DNA of 64,000 nucleotides from Antedon mediterranea. Lineage: Eukaryota; Animalia; Echinodermata. Numbering within the stretch: position 1 is the first letter of the stretch; the number at the start of each line of letters is the position of its first letter. The stretch covers positions 25,848,269 through 25,912,268 of the forward strand of contig NC_092673.1 of assembly GCF_964355755.1 (NCBI RefSeq), given 5' to 3'. The notes under the pieces were generated by a model. It did no database searches, was not told where the DNA came from, and saw only the letters and a list, made by a program, of their open reading frames with translations. Position numbers and translations under genes: made by a program. Below, one piece after another: positions 14,431 through 27,026 of the stretch.

Positions 14431-17036
14431 ACATTTATATTTTAGTACATTTCAATTATGTTGCAAGGAAAGAGATATTGCGATTTAACCAGCCAATCGT
14501 AACCGTTTGGGCGGAAAGTCTAAAAGGGCCAGAAAATATAGACGTTCACCTAATGTTATAAGTTCAATACGTAGGACTTAAGATTAAAACTCTGGTTTGT
14601 GTTAGCATTTAAAATAAAATAAATAAAATAATTTGGTTTTAAGATATCAATAAATTATTTGAATTTACTCTCGTGTCAGAAATATATCAGTAGGCCTACT
14701 GAGGATATAACATATTTTTAAATTGTGCATATGACAATCCATAAAATAGGCCTATACAAACCAGTGTGTATTTAATATTATTGGTAATAAACCTGTGAAC
14801 GACTTTTTAAACTTGTAAATTAAATCAACTTACCTGAACCAATACTTGAAAAAAAAACCGCTGACAATTGTAAACATTTATCGCTTCAACGAAATGGTCC
14901 TGATGTGCTATTACATTTTATTAGTAGTAATATTTGTCAACTTGAATGCTGATAAAATCACTTTGATGTATCGTGACTTCTGCTGTACTGTCCGTGTAGA
15001 CCAACCGAGGCACTCAAAGGTTGTCAAATACTTTTTACAACCGTTTTCGAATGCTATATACCCATTGAATACCAGCACATGGTATATGCGGGCGCGTGCG
15101 TTATTATTATTTAAAGTGACTGCATAATTTTCTCTCGGAATTGATATCAGTTAGTTATACAAACTGCACTCTAATAGTATGGAATTTTAACCCGTATATT
15201 CTAGGTCTTTGTTTGCGCGATCAGAAAAAGATGCATTGAAATTTGACCCACAACAATACAAATTAATAGATGGATACTTTTAATTATCCTTTAATTAAAC
15301 TAATGTGTTATTAATTAATGCTAAATAATTAAGTATCGATTATGTAACAATTAATTTATACCAGATACAGTGGTGGAAATTGAATGACAAAAGACGACAC
15401 GCGTCGAAAAGGTCGCGTGCCAGTTCTCTTTGTTATATTATATATGGTCTAGGCCTAATCAAAGTAGTACATTGATATTACTAGCATGGGTGATTTAAGT
15501 CAATTCAATTTAGTTAAACTTTATTTTACCACGGATGCCCAGAACTACTAACGGGGTCGTACACATACAAAAATACAATTTTAACCATTAAATATTATGT
15601 ACAGTATATATAAAGTATCCGGGAAGAGTGAAATTACAATTACTTAATAATTAGTAATTTCACTCGTCACTGAAAGATATAGTCTAAATATATTATTGTG
15701 TTAAGTGTTTGTGTTTATTCGATTGTTTGCGTTAAAACACAAGATTATTCCATTCAAGTGTAGGCCTATACCATTATAATGCAAGGCTACCAGAGTACTA
15801 TTTAAAAGGGCATAGGCCTATGTATTATTTTGTTCCTGAGTATAAAAAAGATGCTTTCCCAATTCTGACGTAATTTGTAATTCATTTTTGAACATTTTAT
15901 TTATTTTTCTGTTGATGTTGCCACAACGGTGACCTTTTTACCTGTTTGTTTATGTAAACGAGAATCATTTAAAAACATCTCTGACGTAATACACCAACGT
16001 AATTTTATTCTTTAGATGATATCAAATCAACAATATTTAAAAATCAATAGTGTATGTATGTTCAGTGTATTTATTTTATTTATTTAACTTTATACAGGAT
16101 TACACAATCAGGTAAAAGAAACCTGTTTTGCATTGGTAGGCCTGTAGTTTACAAATACTGTAATGACGATCCAGGATTTTGAAACAGAGACAACTTCTGT
16201 GGCGTGTGGAGGGAGAAGAGATAGCAAAATTGTCAAATGAAAAGCTTGACTGAATCTAATGTCCTATTTGAAGTGCAATGTTTAATTAGGGAGGGGTGGG
16301 GTGGTGGTAGCTGTGGCCCTCTCTGTCCATCATAGGCGGACCTACATACAAACCAGGGAGAAATTGGCCCCAACGAACGCGCACTTGCCAAATCTAGCAT
16401 ATCTTGACCCATTTAGCATTAAGCAATAATGCTTAGACATAATTTTTGAAAAATCTAGCATAATGTGGCATAATTCGGAAAAACTAATTTTCAAGGCTTA
16501 ATGTTTTCTTTCTTTTTAGCATTTTATAGAAACAAAATAGCATATGCCTGATTTTAACGAAATCTAGCATAATTTGACCAAACCCCGATGAGCTGTTTTG
16601 GTTTTTGTTTCCACTTTATTGGTACTTAGGCCTATCCATATCGAGATTTAGGTGAAAATTGTGCTAAATTAATAATTGTGTCCAGTATGTCGTCTGGCAC
16701 AATTTTATGCTGCCATCTAGCTTGTTTTTTTCATCACTTGCCACAAAACGTATGCGTCTATTATTATTTGAATTTGCAAACAAAGGAATGTGATTGCAGG
16801 CCTAATGCATTATTATGGTATAAACAATATTATTAATATCAAAATTGATTTTGATTTGTTTTTATTCGGTTTCAACTTAAGATTACAAGCCAATATGAAG
16901 ACAAACAATGTACAAGCAAATACATTAAATTAGAAACCAAGTCAGAAAGTCGAAAGAAAAATCAACTTATTCCAATGGGGTCCTTTAATTAAAAACAGCA
17001 TAGACAATAAAAACAAACTGAACAAACAAACACGCA

Positions 17037-17185
17037 TAAAAATAATATATGGCAGAATATTTATTATATGTCAGAAGATTTAATATATGGCAGAAGATAA
17101 TACTATATGGCAGAAGATATAATATATGGCAGAAGATAATTATATATGGCAGAAGACATAGGCCTAATATATGGCAGAAGAGGTG
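17037..17185. repeat. Tandem array of about 21 bp (aatatatggcagaagataat).
   Basis: Six to seven copies that share the core atatggcagaaga. Confidence 0.75.
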
Positions 17186-18229
17186 TTGAATAGACGCCTA
17201 GTTGCTAGTTTTTCACAAATGAGGATATTTGCTCCGTTCACACTATTCGTTCTTTGTTGTATTTGAATTTAATGATATCATGAAAACGATGAAGAAGGTC
17301 ATGTGAACATGCCTTATGGAATTTAACAGTGTTATTGTTTTCATTTTACACTTTTGTTACAATAATACAGTTTAGAATATAAAGGGTTACTATTCAGTGT
17401 CTACACAACCTTCCCCGCCTCTACCTCTACTACTTTCTCGAATCCTTCTCCCAGCTCCAGTTCCCACATACTAAGATCAGAACTCAGATTAAGTTGCAGA
17501 ATATTTTGGCGGGAAAATTGGGACTACTTACTTAGGCATATATTCACTTTTCCCTGGTTTTGGTATACTTCGAAAAATTACATAAAAAGCTAAGGCTGGG
17601 CTGTATATATAATGTATAATAATCTTACTATCATAATTATTTGATTATAAAAAAAAACCAACTCAAAGTTCATCGTTATAATCAATATACATGGGACTCC
17701 TTTGAACCACAAAAATATCCTATTAGTATTAATATTCAGTATCAATTTATTAAACTCTGGCCTATGGGTTATTTCATGAATGTTGGTCGTTTTCAAACAT
17801 ATATATTTTTTCACGCTCAAGGTATTCCATAATAGAGAGTTCACTGAATAGGCTACCGTATAGCAATAGGTATAAATTATTGTGATTATGATTATATTCA
17901 ATAAAGCATGACATTTAAACATGGATAGCCTGCTCTCGTTCATAGAAAGGTCTTGGTGGTGTTGAAGGCATATCCTTTTGATCAACAGGTGTCCGGAATT
18001 CGTTGAGCTGTTTTGTTTATCATTGAGAAATGATTATTATTATTCCATGCTTTTATTAATCACTAGCAATTATACCCGCCCCAGGGCGGGTTTCAAAATT
18101 TTTTTTGTTTACAGCCTTCTCAGTACATAACACCCGACGCCAGTATCTGTCTATACTCACCAACCTCCACCCCTCTACTCTTTCTTAAAAACAAATTCTT
18201 CCCAGTGATGGACAAATTCAATTCAACCT

Positions 18230-19450
18230 AAGCTTCGAATTGAGAGGAGTATGCATAGCTACGATGGGTCTAATAATGGTTGAAGTACGTTGTAAATTGT
18301 GTAAATGAATAGGTGTCATATTGGCTGATAATTAAAATATGTAATTTAGATACTGCGGCCCCCAGCCTTCTTTCTCCTTTCACCACCCCAGCCACCATCA
18401 ACAAACCTTAACTCCTCCCCTGGACAGTTCAAATTTAGTAACTTTTCCTAGTACAATCCAATCATATAGGCTACTTCATTACGCTAGTATTTTCGCTCCT
18501 CCTCCCCCTACAAACACACCCCAGATACACTGGGTGACGTGTTGAAGCCGGTTCCAGTACAAATTATTTTATTATCACTCCCAACCCATAATCCCTCAGT
18601 GGCAGTTTTCAAATGTAGTTTAAAACATTCCAAATACAGTTTCGGTCATGGTGATAGACCTACATCCCCACCCCAAACTCCCATCCGCTTCCCAGGGATG
18701 ATTAAATACTTTAACATTTTCCAACCACAATTCTGGTGTAAGCAAAATTCCCACTATCCCCTGAACCCAAACCCTATCTCCCTACCCCCACTCTCCCACA
18801 ATTGACGTTTTTTTCTTGGAGGATTGGTGATGTAGTTGAACACAGTAACAGTAAACAACATGTGTATGTTCACACAGGTATGGATGTCTGTAATGAGACA
18901 ATCCAAGAGACCGATACTGTATACATAGCTGGATATGGTTAAAGTACTTTGCTAAATGTGTAATTGAATAGGTGTCATATTGGTCAATGAATAAAATATG
19001 TATATCTAACGCCTTGCTGAGGATAATTCAAATACTGTAAAACTTTTGTAGTATTTAGTTTACAATTCGATAGCCTACAACCCCGAGGCCTAGCAAAAAT
19101 GTGACATCACAAACCACCACACCACCCACCCCTGACACAAAAACCCCAGGAGTCGGGGGAATTTTGTTAAATGTAGGTTAAAACCTTCCGGGTACAATTG
19201 CCATCATTTTGATTCCCCATACGTATGGTTACGTGCAGAAACAGAAATTTGTATAACGAACAAACATCGAAAGTGGGGTTTTGACCACATTTTGGTCCCT
19301 AACTTGGATCCTAGGTGGCGGATGATGTTGAAATATAGCTTAGAACATTCCCGGTACAATTGCGGTCATTTTGGTACCCCATATGTAAGATTATGTGCAG
19401 TAACAAAATTTTGTATAACGAACAAACAAACAAACAAACAGACAAACAGA
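18230..19450. repeat. Degenerate tandem duplication (about 650-bp unit, with a roughly 150-bp sub-duplication at 19175-19425) containing CCCCACC-rich tracts.
   Basis: tgtaaatgaataggtgtcatattggctgataattaaaatatgta at 18300 matches tgtaattgaataggtgtcatattggtcaatgaataaaatatgta at 18960. The block gtt.aaat.tag.ttaaaac.ttcc.ggtacaattgc..tcatttt.g...ccccata.gta...tta.gtgcag.aaca.aa.tttgtataacgaacaaaca is repeated at 19175 and 19325. Confidence 0.5.
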
Positions 19451-19465
19451 CAGACAAACTCTCTC
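19425..19465. repeat. (CAAA)n / (CAGA)n microsatellite.
   Basis: gaacaaacaaacaaacaaacagacaaacagacagacaaac. Confidence 0.8.
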
Positions 19466-21615
19466 ACTTATAATATAGATTAGGATGTATTCCTTTTAAT
19501 GTTTTGTTATTCATTGTTAGGTCCTATTGAAATCATTCAATTTAGTCGCGTGTCGGACGGACATCCTCGTGTTTTTGTATCACACGTCGTACACTTTGAA
19601 ATATGGCATTGTGTACACATGAGAACAAGGCACGCGCTATTTAACATAAACCATAAAGATCAAACTCCCAAATATAGGCTTACTGCCATAGAGGAAATAA
19701 ATATGTATTATAATGGTTCCCTTCCACGTATTAATAATAGAGGAAAAAGTAATAATTCTGTTAACAAAATAGTATTAGCGACATGTGCAACGTTATGTCC
19801 TAGCGCTGCAATAATTATTATTTCATCAACTTTCAACTAAGGAGGTATAGGCCTATACATACAAATATCAACTCATCTATTAAGCCGTAATTCTTTGGTA
19901 ATCGGTACAAATAAACACGACATTGAACGAAAAAATAATATTTATATTATTATTATTAATCATCGTAATAATTATAATTGTTTTCGTTGTAAAACATCAA
20001 AATGTAAACCCTAAAAAAAAGCACGTATTACTGTACTTTATTTTGGTTATTCTAAATTATAAACCTGTTGTTTTTGCTAATATCATGCAAACTTCCCGTA
20101 GATCTACTACGAATTTATTACAGGCCTATTAATATTTATAAAAACCGCTCTCTTACCAGAATATTTCCATTCGATATTGATAAATGAAGGCACAGTATTT
20201 TCCTTTTCAAAGGTCCTGGTACCGGTATAAAGCACTATCTTCCGACGCACTCTTTGTGTATGAAAAATAATAATATTAATATGTTATACGGCAGCATCTA
20301 TTAATACTATAGACCTATAGTAGGATGTTAAAAACCTTTTAGAAATCAGCTACCAGAGAGAAATGTTATTTTTGTAACAGACACGTTGCATTTTCATCTC
20401 TAATTGTATACGTTTAGTTTATTCAGGTTTAATCGTTTAGTTATGCTCATAAAAATTGCATGGTTCAAGTTGTTTATTGTCTGCGTATGTGTGAGAAATT
20501 TAGCCATGTGTTGTATAAGCTACAAATGATTTGGATTTATTAAAAATTGTTATAATATGCGAAAATGCGAACAGACCATATGTAGGCATGGCAAGTTAAT
20601 ATCGGTAGTCGAAAAATGGTAGGGAAATAAATCAAATAAAAATTAAATCAAGTCTATTTTTAAAACGTATCTTCAAACCAGATAAACATTTTCAATCAAA
20701 TCAAGTCTATTCTCATTGTTAAAAATTTATCCATCGGTGAAAAAATCATTTTCATTTAGGCCTATATCATTAGCATATAGTGTGCATTAATGGGAAATAC
20801 ATTAAATGTTCTAAATAACAATTGTGAATAAAATTAAAAAGTTGTTAAAAATGAAATTAGTAGGGCCCTATGCCGTCTGATTACCGTTGATATTATTTTT
20901 TTTAATTATTTCTATATTATAATTTATTATAATTCTATGTTTGTACGCCCGCTGTATTAAAATATGCCATAACACACTCGACTACCGGTAAACCTAAGTA
21001 TTGCTGGTTTTCCGTATGCACGGGTTGTTAAAATTATGGAAAGTCATCACAAGTAATGGCAATTTATCTGGTTTCTACTTCATTTATCGTTGCATAATTA
21101 TAGCCCCATAATAAACTACTCTACGCCTACAAACTTTATTTTTCCATGATTTTCCATGACTTTTTTTTCTTTTTTTTTAAATCACGATTGGCCAATTTAT
21201 TATGTTTTTTTCTAATAATAAGACCATGGAGGTATAAAAAATAGATTAGAATCTATTTTTATACCTCCATCAGTAGACCATGGAGGAAACAATCATTAAT
21301 TTAAAAAAAAATATATATATATACATTGTCCTTCATGGGTAGACAAATATCCCATAATTTAATGACAATACTGTATAAACAATATAAAAAGTTGCAAAAG
21401 TTGTAAGTAGGGGAAATCCCCGAATTCGTGCGATACCGGAAAAGCATATACTACATAAATTCAACCATGCGTGACAGTTACCCTGGATCGGATCGTCGAT
21501 AAAAATAAAGTGTGGGCCTATATATAACATTCATTAACAAGATGTTTCTAAAACTATCTAGCATCGTCATATATGATCTGAACTTCTTGTTTGTAGTAGA
21601 CTTATTGATGCAAAA

Positions 21616-23307
21616 ATGAGTCTGCCGAACTTTGTAGAATTGGGAAAGAAGATTGTGTGTGTTGGTAGAAATTATGCGTAAGTTATTAGCCTTAGTTAGC
21701 AGGTAGGTCTGCCTAGCTAGGCCTAATTAATAGGAGGCCTGACTGCTAGTAAACAAACACTCAGCAGCCCAGTGAGATCTATCCTATAGAGAAGCCTTCG
21801 GGTACATTACTCATTTTTTCCACATAATAGATTCTATTCGGACAAAAACTTTGTGACGACAGAATTCATTCTATGTAGACAAAATTCATTCTGTGTAGAC
21901 AGAATTCATTCTGTGTCAAAAAAATTCATTTTGTGTCAACAAAATTCATTTTGTGTCAACAAAATTAATTTTGTGTCGACAAAATTCATTCAGTGTCGAC
22001 AAAGTTCATTTTGTGTCGAAAAAATTCATTTTATATCGACAAAATTAATTTTGTGTGCTGAGCCTACTCAAGAGTGAGACAGAACGTTTTAACATGCAAA
22101 TTAGAAGGCAGAGTTTTTAATGGAGCCTCAAAGATTGACAGTTATATTAATTTTATTTCCCCAACCTTTTCTACTAACACTTTATAATTACTTGATTTAC
22201 CAGCAACAGTCCAATATAATTATGGAAGTCTTAGTTGAGCAGCAGTGAAATAAAATTTGATGATCGATACTGAAAAGAAAGACACGCATTTTAAGTGTAA
22301 TGAAGCATCTTTATTTAAAACCCCATGCGTCGACTATACCAATTGTTCTTGTTATTAAAGAAATGTCTAATATTGCTTCAACATGGTAGAGACTAACTAG
22401 GCTACTACTAGAAGTGTACAAGAGCCTAGGCCTAGACTAAACTGTCATTTATAATATTTTAATGCCATATGGTTTTTTCCTGAGAGTTGCCGTCAACCAA
22501 TAATAATGCCCTAGAAAATGTTGTACCCAAAATTTCACTAAACTGTCTTTTTACAAATTTTTAGAGATCATGCCGTGGAATTGGGGAACGAAGTTCCAAC
22601 AGAACCACTGTTATTTTTAAAGCCGACTACGGCATACTTACAAGAGGGAAGCTTAATTAAGGTAATTTTGTGTTGTTTTTAGTGAAAATACAGTCTATAG
22701 AAGCCCTTATTTGGGACACTGTCACACCCCTCTATTCATTTGATATTATTTTCTAATATAGGTAATAATAGATAATTAATTCAGCATTGCAACATCTACG
22801 AATAATTCTTGTTAATGCTTCTAGATGCCTCCTGGTTGTACAGACCTTCACCATGAAGTTGAGCTTGGAATTGTCATCGGAACCAAAGGTTCCAACATCC
22901 CAGAAGCATCAGCAATGAACTATGTTTGTGGGTATGTTCTGGGTCTTGACATGACTGCTAGAAACCTTCATGATGCTGCTAAGAAGAATGGTCATTCGTG
23001 GACGCTAGCAAAGTCATTTGACACGTCTTGTCCCATTAGTAAATTTGTCGAAAAAGATTGTGTAAAAGATGTTGATAATGTAAGATTATGGTTGTCCGTT
23101 AATGGAAATATGCGTCAAGACGGAAACACAAGCGATATGATTTTTAAAATTCCAACACTTATTAGTTATATTAGTCGTTCGATGACCCTTGAACCTGGCG
23201 ATGTTATATTAACTGGGACCCCCTCTGGATTTGGACCAGTAAAGTCTGGCGATGTCATTGTGGCTGGTCTAGACCAACTCCTGGAAATGTCTTTTACAGT
23301 CGCCTAA
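21616..23307 (+). CDS. FAHD1: FAHD1-like acylpyruvase / oxaloacetate decarboxylase (fumarylacetoacetate hydrolase domain protein), copy A, 3 exons, 213 aa.
   Basis: join(21616..21677,22565..22661,22825..23307). The translation is [21 protein letters not shown]|[32 protein letters not shown]|[19 protein letters not shown]...[11 protein letters not shown]...TVA*. It aligns residue-by-residue with human FAHD1 ([57 protein letters not shown]). Donors are GTAAGT and GTAATT, acceptors are TTTTAG and TTCTAG, and the phases are consistent (62+97+483 = 642 nt). Confidence 0.9.
21850..22065. repeat. Tandem array of about 20-22 bp (gtgtcgacaaaattcattttgt-like, about 10 copies) in intron 1 of FAHD1 copy A.
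   Basis: Copy B has no counterpart. The array is part of a roughly 560-bp insertion (21815-22375) relative to intron 1 of copy B. Confidence 0.8.
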
Positions 23308-23404
23308 TTTCCGATTACTGTATAAATAAGGTTTTAATAGTCTATCTGTTGGAATTTGTTGGTGGGTATTGAGCAAATTCTAGGAACCTCTGGACGTAAC
23401 CAAT

Positions 23405-23495
23405 AAAAGTGTTAAACTTGCCTCAATTGATATAAGACTCTGAGCTTTATTGGTTTCAAGAGTATTTTGATCTCGAACAGTGGCGAGTTCTAGGT
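23405..23495 (-). pseudogene. Orphan fragment of the MVP penultimate exon (its 3' end plus 11 nt of the following intron) lying downstream of FAHD1 copy A.
   Basis: 23410-23490 is about 90% identical to 27936-28016. The latter is the real 3' end of the MVP exon at 27947..28138 plus its GC donor. Translated on the - strand it reads ...[28 protein letters not shown]. Homology stops abruptly on both sides. Confidence 0.6.
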
Positions 23496-24472
23496 CTGAT
23501 CGCCAACCCACAGTAAATGTAAAATGTGCTAATTTACATGCAAAACTATTATAGGCCTTTAAAACAAAATAATCTGATCTACCTATTGTAAGTTGCTGAG
23601 CATATTTGTTAAATATTATCCACTGCAATAAGAGATTACTGCAGCAATCTGGGATTAGGCCAAATCTTCGCAAAGTGTATACTTGTTTACTTAAATATGA
23701 CCGGCCACTTACCGGCGTTCCCATCTTATTTAGGCCTACGTGTGGGTATAATTATTATGTTTTCTTTGTAGAAAGCAAAGTGTTGCAGATGCCATATTAA
23801 ACTATTGAGTTTCTAAAATACTTCCTTCATGATTTATTATTTTAAATTATTTTTATATTATAGTTTATTATAATGCCATGTTTGTACGCCCACCTGTATT
23901 CAGATATGCCATAACACACACTACCGGCGGTGAACCTAAGTATTGCTGGTTTTCCATGTGCACGTATTGCAGTTGTTACAATTATGGAAAGTCATCACAA
24001 TTGCATTGGAAATTTAACTGGCTTATGCTTCATTTATCTTTATATAATTATGCCTCCACAATAAACTACTGTACGCCTACGAACTTCATTTCCATGACTT
24101 TTTTTAAAACCACGTTTGGCCAATTTGTTGTGTTTTTCACAGGTGACCATTGAGGAAACAATAATTGATCTAAAATTATATATTTTCCTCCATGAGTAGA
24201 CAAATATCCCATAATTTAATGACATTACTGAAACAATAATGATAATAAGTTGTGAAAGTTGTAAGTAGGGGAAATCCAGTAGGGGAAATCCCCGAATTCA
24301 TGCGACACACCGGAAGAGCATACCACATATATTCAGTCATGCGTGACAAAACGTTACCCTGGATATCGGATCGTCGATCAAGTGTGTGGGCCTGTACAAG
24401 ATGTTTCTAAAACCACCCGGTATCGTCATATGATCTAAACTTCTTGTTTGTAGTAGACATATTGATGCAAAA

Positions 24473-25597
24473 ATGAGTCTGTCGAAATTTGTAGAATTGG
24501 GAAAGAAGATTGTGTGTGTTGGTAGAAATTATGCGTAAGTTTAGTGGCCTTTTAGATAGTTATCAGGTAGGCTAGGTCTGCCTAGCTAGGCCTAGCTAGG
24601 CCTAGTGGTAGGCCTGACTGCTAGTAAACAATCCTATGGAGAAGCCTCCGAGTAGCCTGCTTCGACATGGTAGAGACTAACTAGGCTACTACTAAAAGTA
24701 TGCAAGGGCCTAGACTAGACTGTCATTTACATACTTTATTACCATATTGTTTTTTGCAGAGAGTTAATAAATTAATAGCGTAGGTCCCCTAGATGATTTT
24801 GTATCCAACATTGCACAAAATTGTTTTTTTACATATTTTTACTTTTATTTAGAGAACATGCTGTGGAATTGGGGAACAAAGTTCCAACAGAGCCACTGTT
24901 GTTTTTAAAGCCGACTACAGCATATTTATCAGAGGGAAACTCAATTAAGGTAATTTTGTGTTTATATACATTTGGTTGTTTTTAGTGAAAACGCAGTCTA
25001 TAGTCTACAGTCTATACCCCTCTATTTATTAGATTTTATTTTCTAAAATAGGTAATAATAGATAATTTATTCAGCATTGCAACATCTACGAATAATTCTT
25101 TTTAATGCTTCTAGATGCCTCCTGGTTGTACAGATCTTCACCATGAAGTTGAGCTTGGAATTGTCATTGGAACCAAAGGTTCCAACATCCCAGAAGCATC
25201 AGCAATGAACTATGTTGGTGGGTATGCTCTGGGTCTTGACATGACCGCTAGAAACCTTCAAGATGCTGCTAAGAAGAAAGGTCACCCGTGGACACTAGCA
25301 AAGGCATTTGACACGTCTTGTCCCATTAGTAAATTTGTCGAAAAAGATCGTGTAAAAGATGTTGATAATGTAAGATTATGGTTGTCTGTTAACGGAAATA
25401 TGCGTCAAGACGGAAACACAAGCGATATGATTTTTAAAATTCCAACACTTATTAGTTATATTAGTCGCTCGATGACCCTTGAACCTGGCGATGTTATATT
25501 AACTGGGACCCCCTCTGGAGTTGGACCAGTAAAGTCTGGAGATGTCATTGTGGCTGGTCTAGACCAAGTCATGGAAATTTCTTTTACAGTCGCCTAA
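24473..25597 (+). CDS. FAHD1: FAHD1-like acylpyruvase, copy B. It is a tandem paralogue of copy A, with 3 exons and 213 aa.
   Basis: join(24473..24534,24853..24949,25115..25597). It has the same exon structure and phases as copy A and is about 92% identical in protein ([21 protein letters not shown]..., VGGYALG versus VCGYVLG, and so on). Both copies are intact with conserved splice sites. Confidence 0.9.
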
Positions 25598-26734
25598 CTT
25601 CCGATTATAAATATGGTTTTAATAGAATTTGTTGGCGGGTATTGAGCAAATTCTAGGAACCTCTGGACATATCCAATAGTGAAACCGATTGTAAAACATT
25701 TGATTGGGTATTATTAGCCAAATAACAGATTGTTTTTGTGCAGTTTCCAGCTGCAACAATTCCTAAAATAATTAAAGTACCTGCAGAATAAATAATACAG
25801 TATGTGTTTGATGATTGTAGAAAATATGTTGTTATGGATGCTATTAAAAACAGTCAATTATGTTTTGCAAATAAATCTACATTTTATTATTTAATTATCA
25901 TGCATAATATTGTATTGATATGTAGGAAACACAGAAAGTGTATTCACAATAGTTTAGATTATACACTGTTTTTTTTTCTTGAACTGTGGTCAATAAAAGA
26001 ATTAAATTCACAATTTAGTTTGTAAACACGTTTCATGTGACCTGATCTTTCTTTGTATAGACAATGTAGGTATATGTATACATTGGTTCATAATTATAGC
26101 ATACCTATATTATTTTTTTTTTCACAATAAACAACTGAATACACATACATATATAAAATATTAATCTTTAGGTAAGCCTAAAATACCACTATTATCAATT
26201 AGAAAAAATAATAAAAAAACTAAATATTACATTAAAAAAAATATAAACTCAATATTGCATAACATATTCTCTATGCTTCATTACCTCTTGTTTAACAATA
26301 AGCATGCCATGCTATTATCTTTGAGAACCATTAACCTTTTTGCAAAGTTTGAAACACTACAATACTCATGTTAATAAATCTAACATCTTAAAATAGTGCT
26401 GTATTAACATTTTTTATGACATAATGTTTTTTTTTATTTTTTATTTTATTGTGCATTTTAAGAAATGTTATGGTGCCTGTTCCTGTTATTTACTATGCTG
26501 TATATGCTTTTTTTTAAAAATTGTATTTTTTTTTAAACAATTTCTTATTTTTTCAGATGGGTTTTAAGATTAGTTTCTAGGTGACACATCTGTGAATGCT
26601 GTTATTTCTTTACACGGTGAGTTTTCTGATTTTTTTTCTGCATACTGCATGTATATATCTTTTACAAAATGGTTACTTCTATTGCAAAATACAGTTAACA
26701 ATACAAAAATAAATAGACTACTCTTACTACTAAT

Positions 26735-26858
26735 GCTCTGTCTACACTATCAAACTAGGTTGACGACAAAAAAAAGTGTAGTAATATGACATGTTCATAG
26801 ATGGGTACATCACATTTTTTGGTCACATAAAGTTTGATAGTGTAGAGAGAGCTTGAGG
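26735..26858. mobile_element. MITE copy with both terminal inverted repeats, in the FAHD1-B / MVP intergenic region.
   Basis: It begins gctctgtctacactatcaaactag and ends ctttgatagtgtagagagagct. Confidence 0.75.
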
Positions 26859-27026
26859 TTAAATAATATATGAATAAACATTTTATTCTCCGACATAAAA
26901 TAGAATATAACATTATATATAATTCTTTTTGTAAACTACTGTAGGCCGCAATTCCTAAATCATGGGATAAAATTTTGGTTAAATTCAAACAAGTTTCCAT
27001 TTCAATGTATTTACTTGGCGTATATT

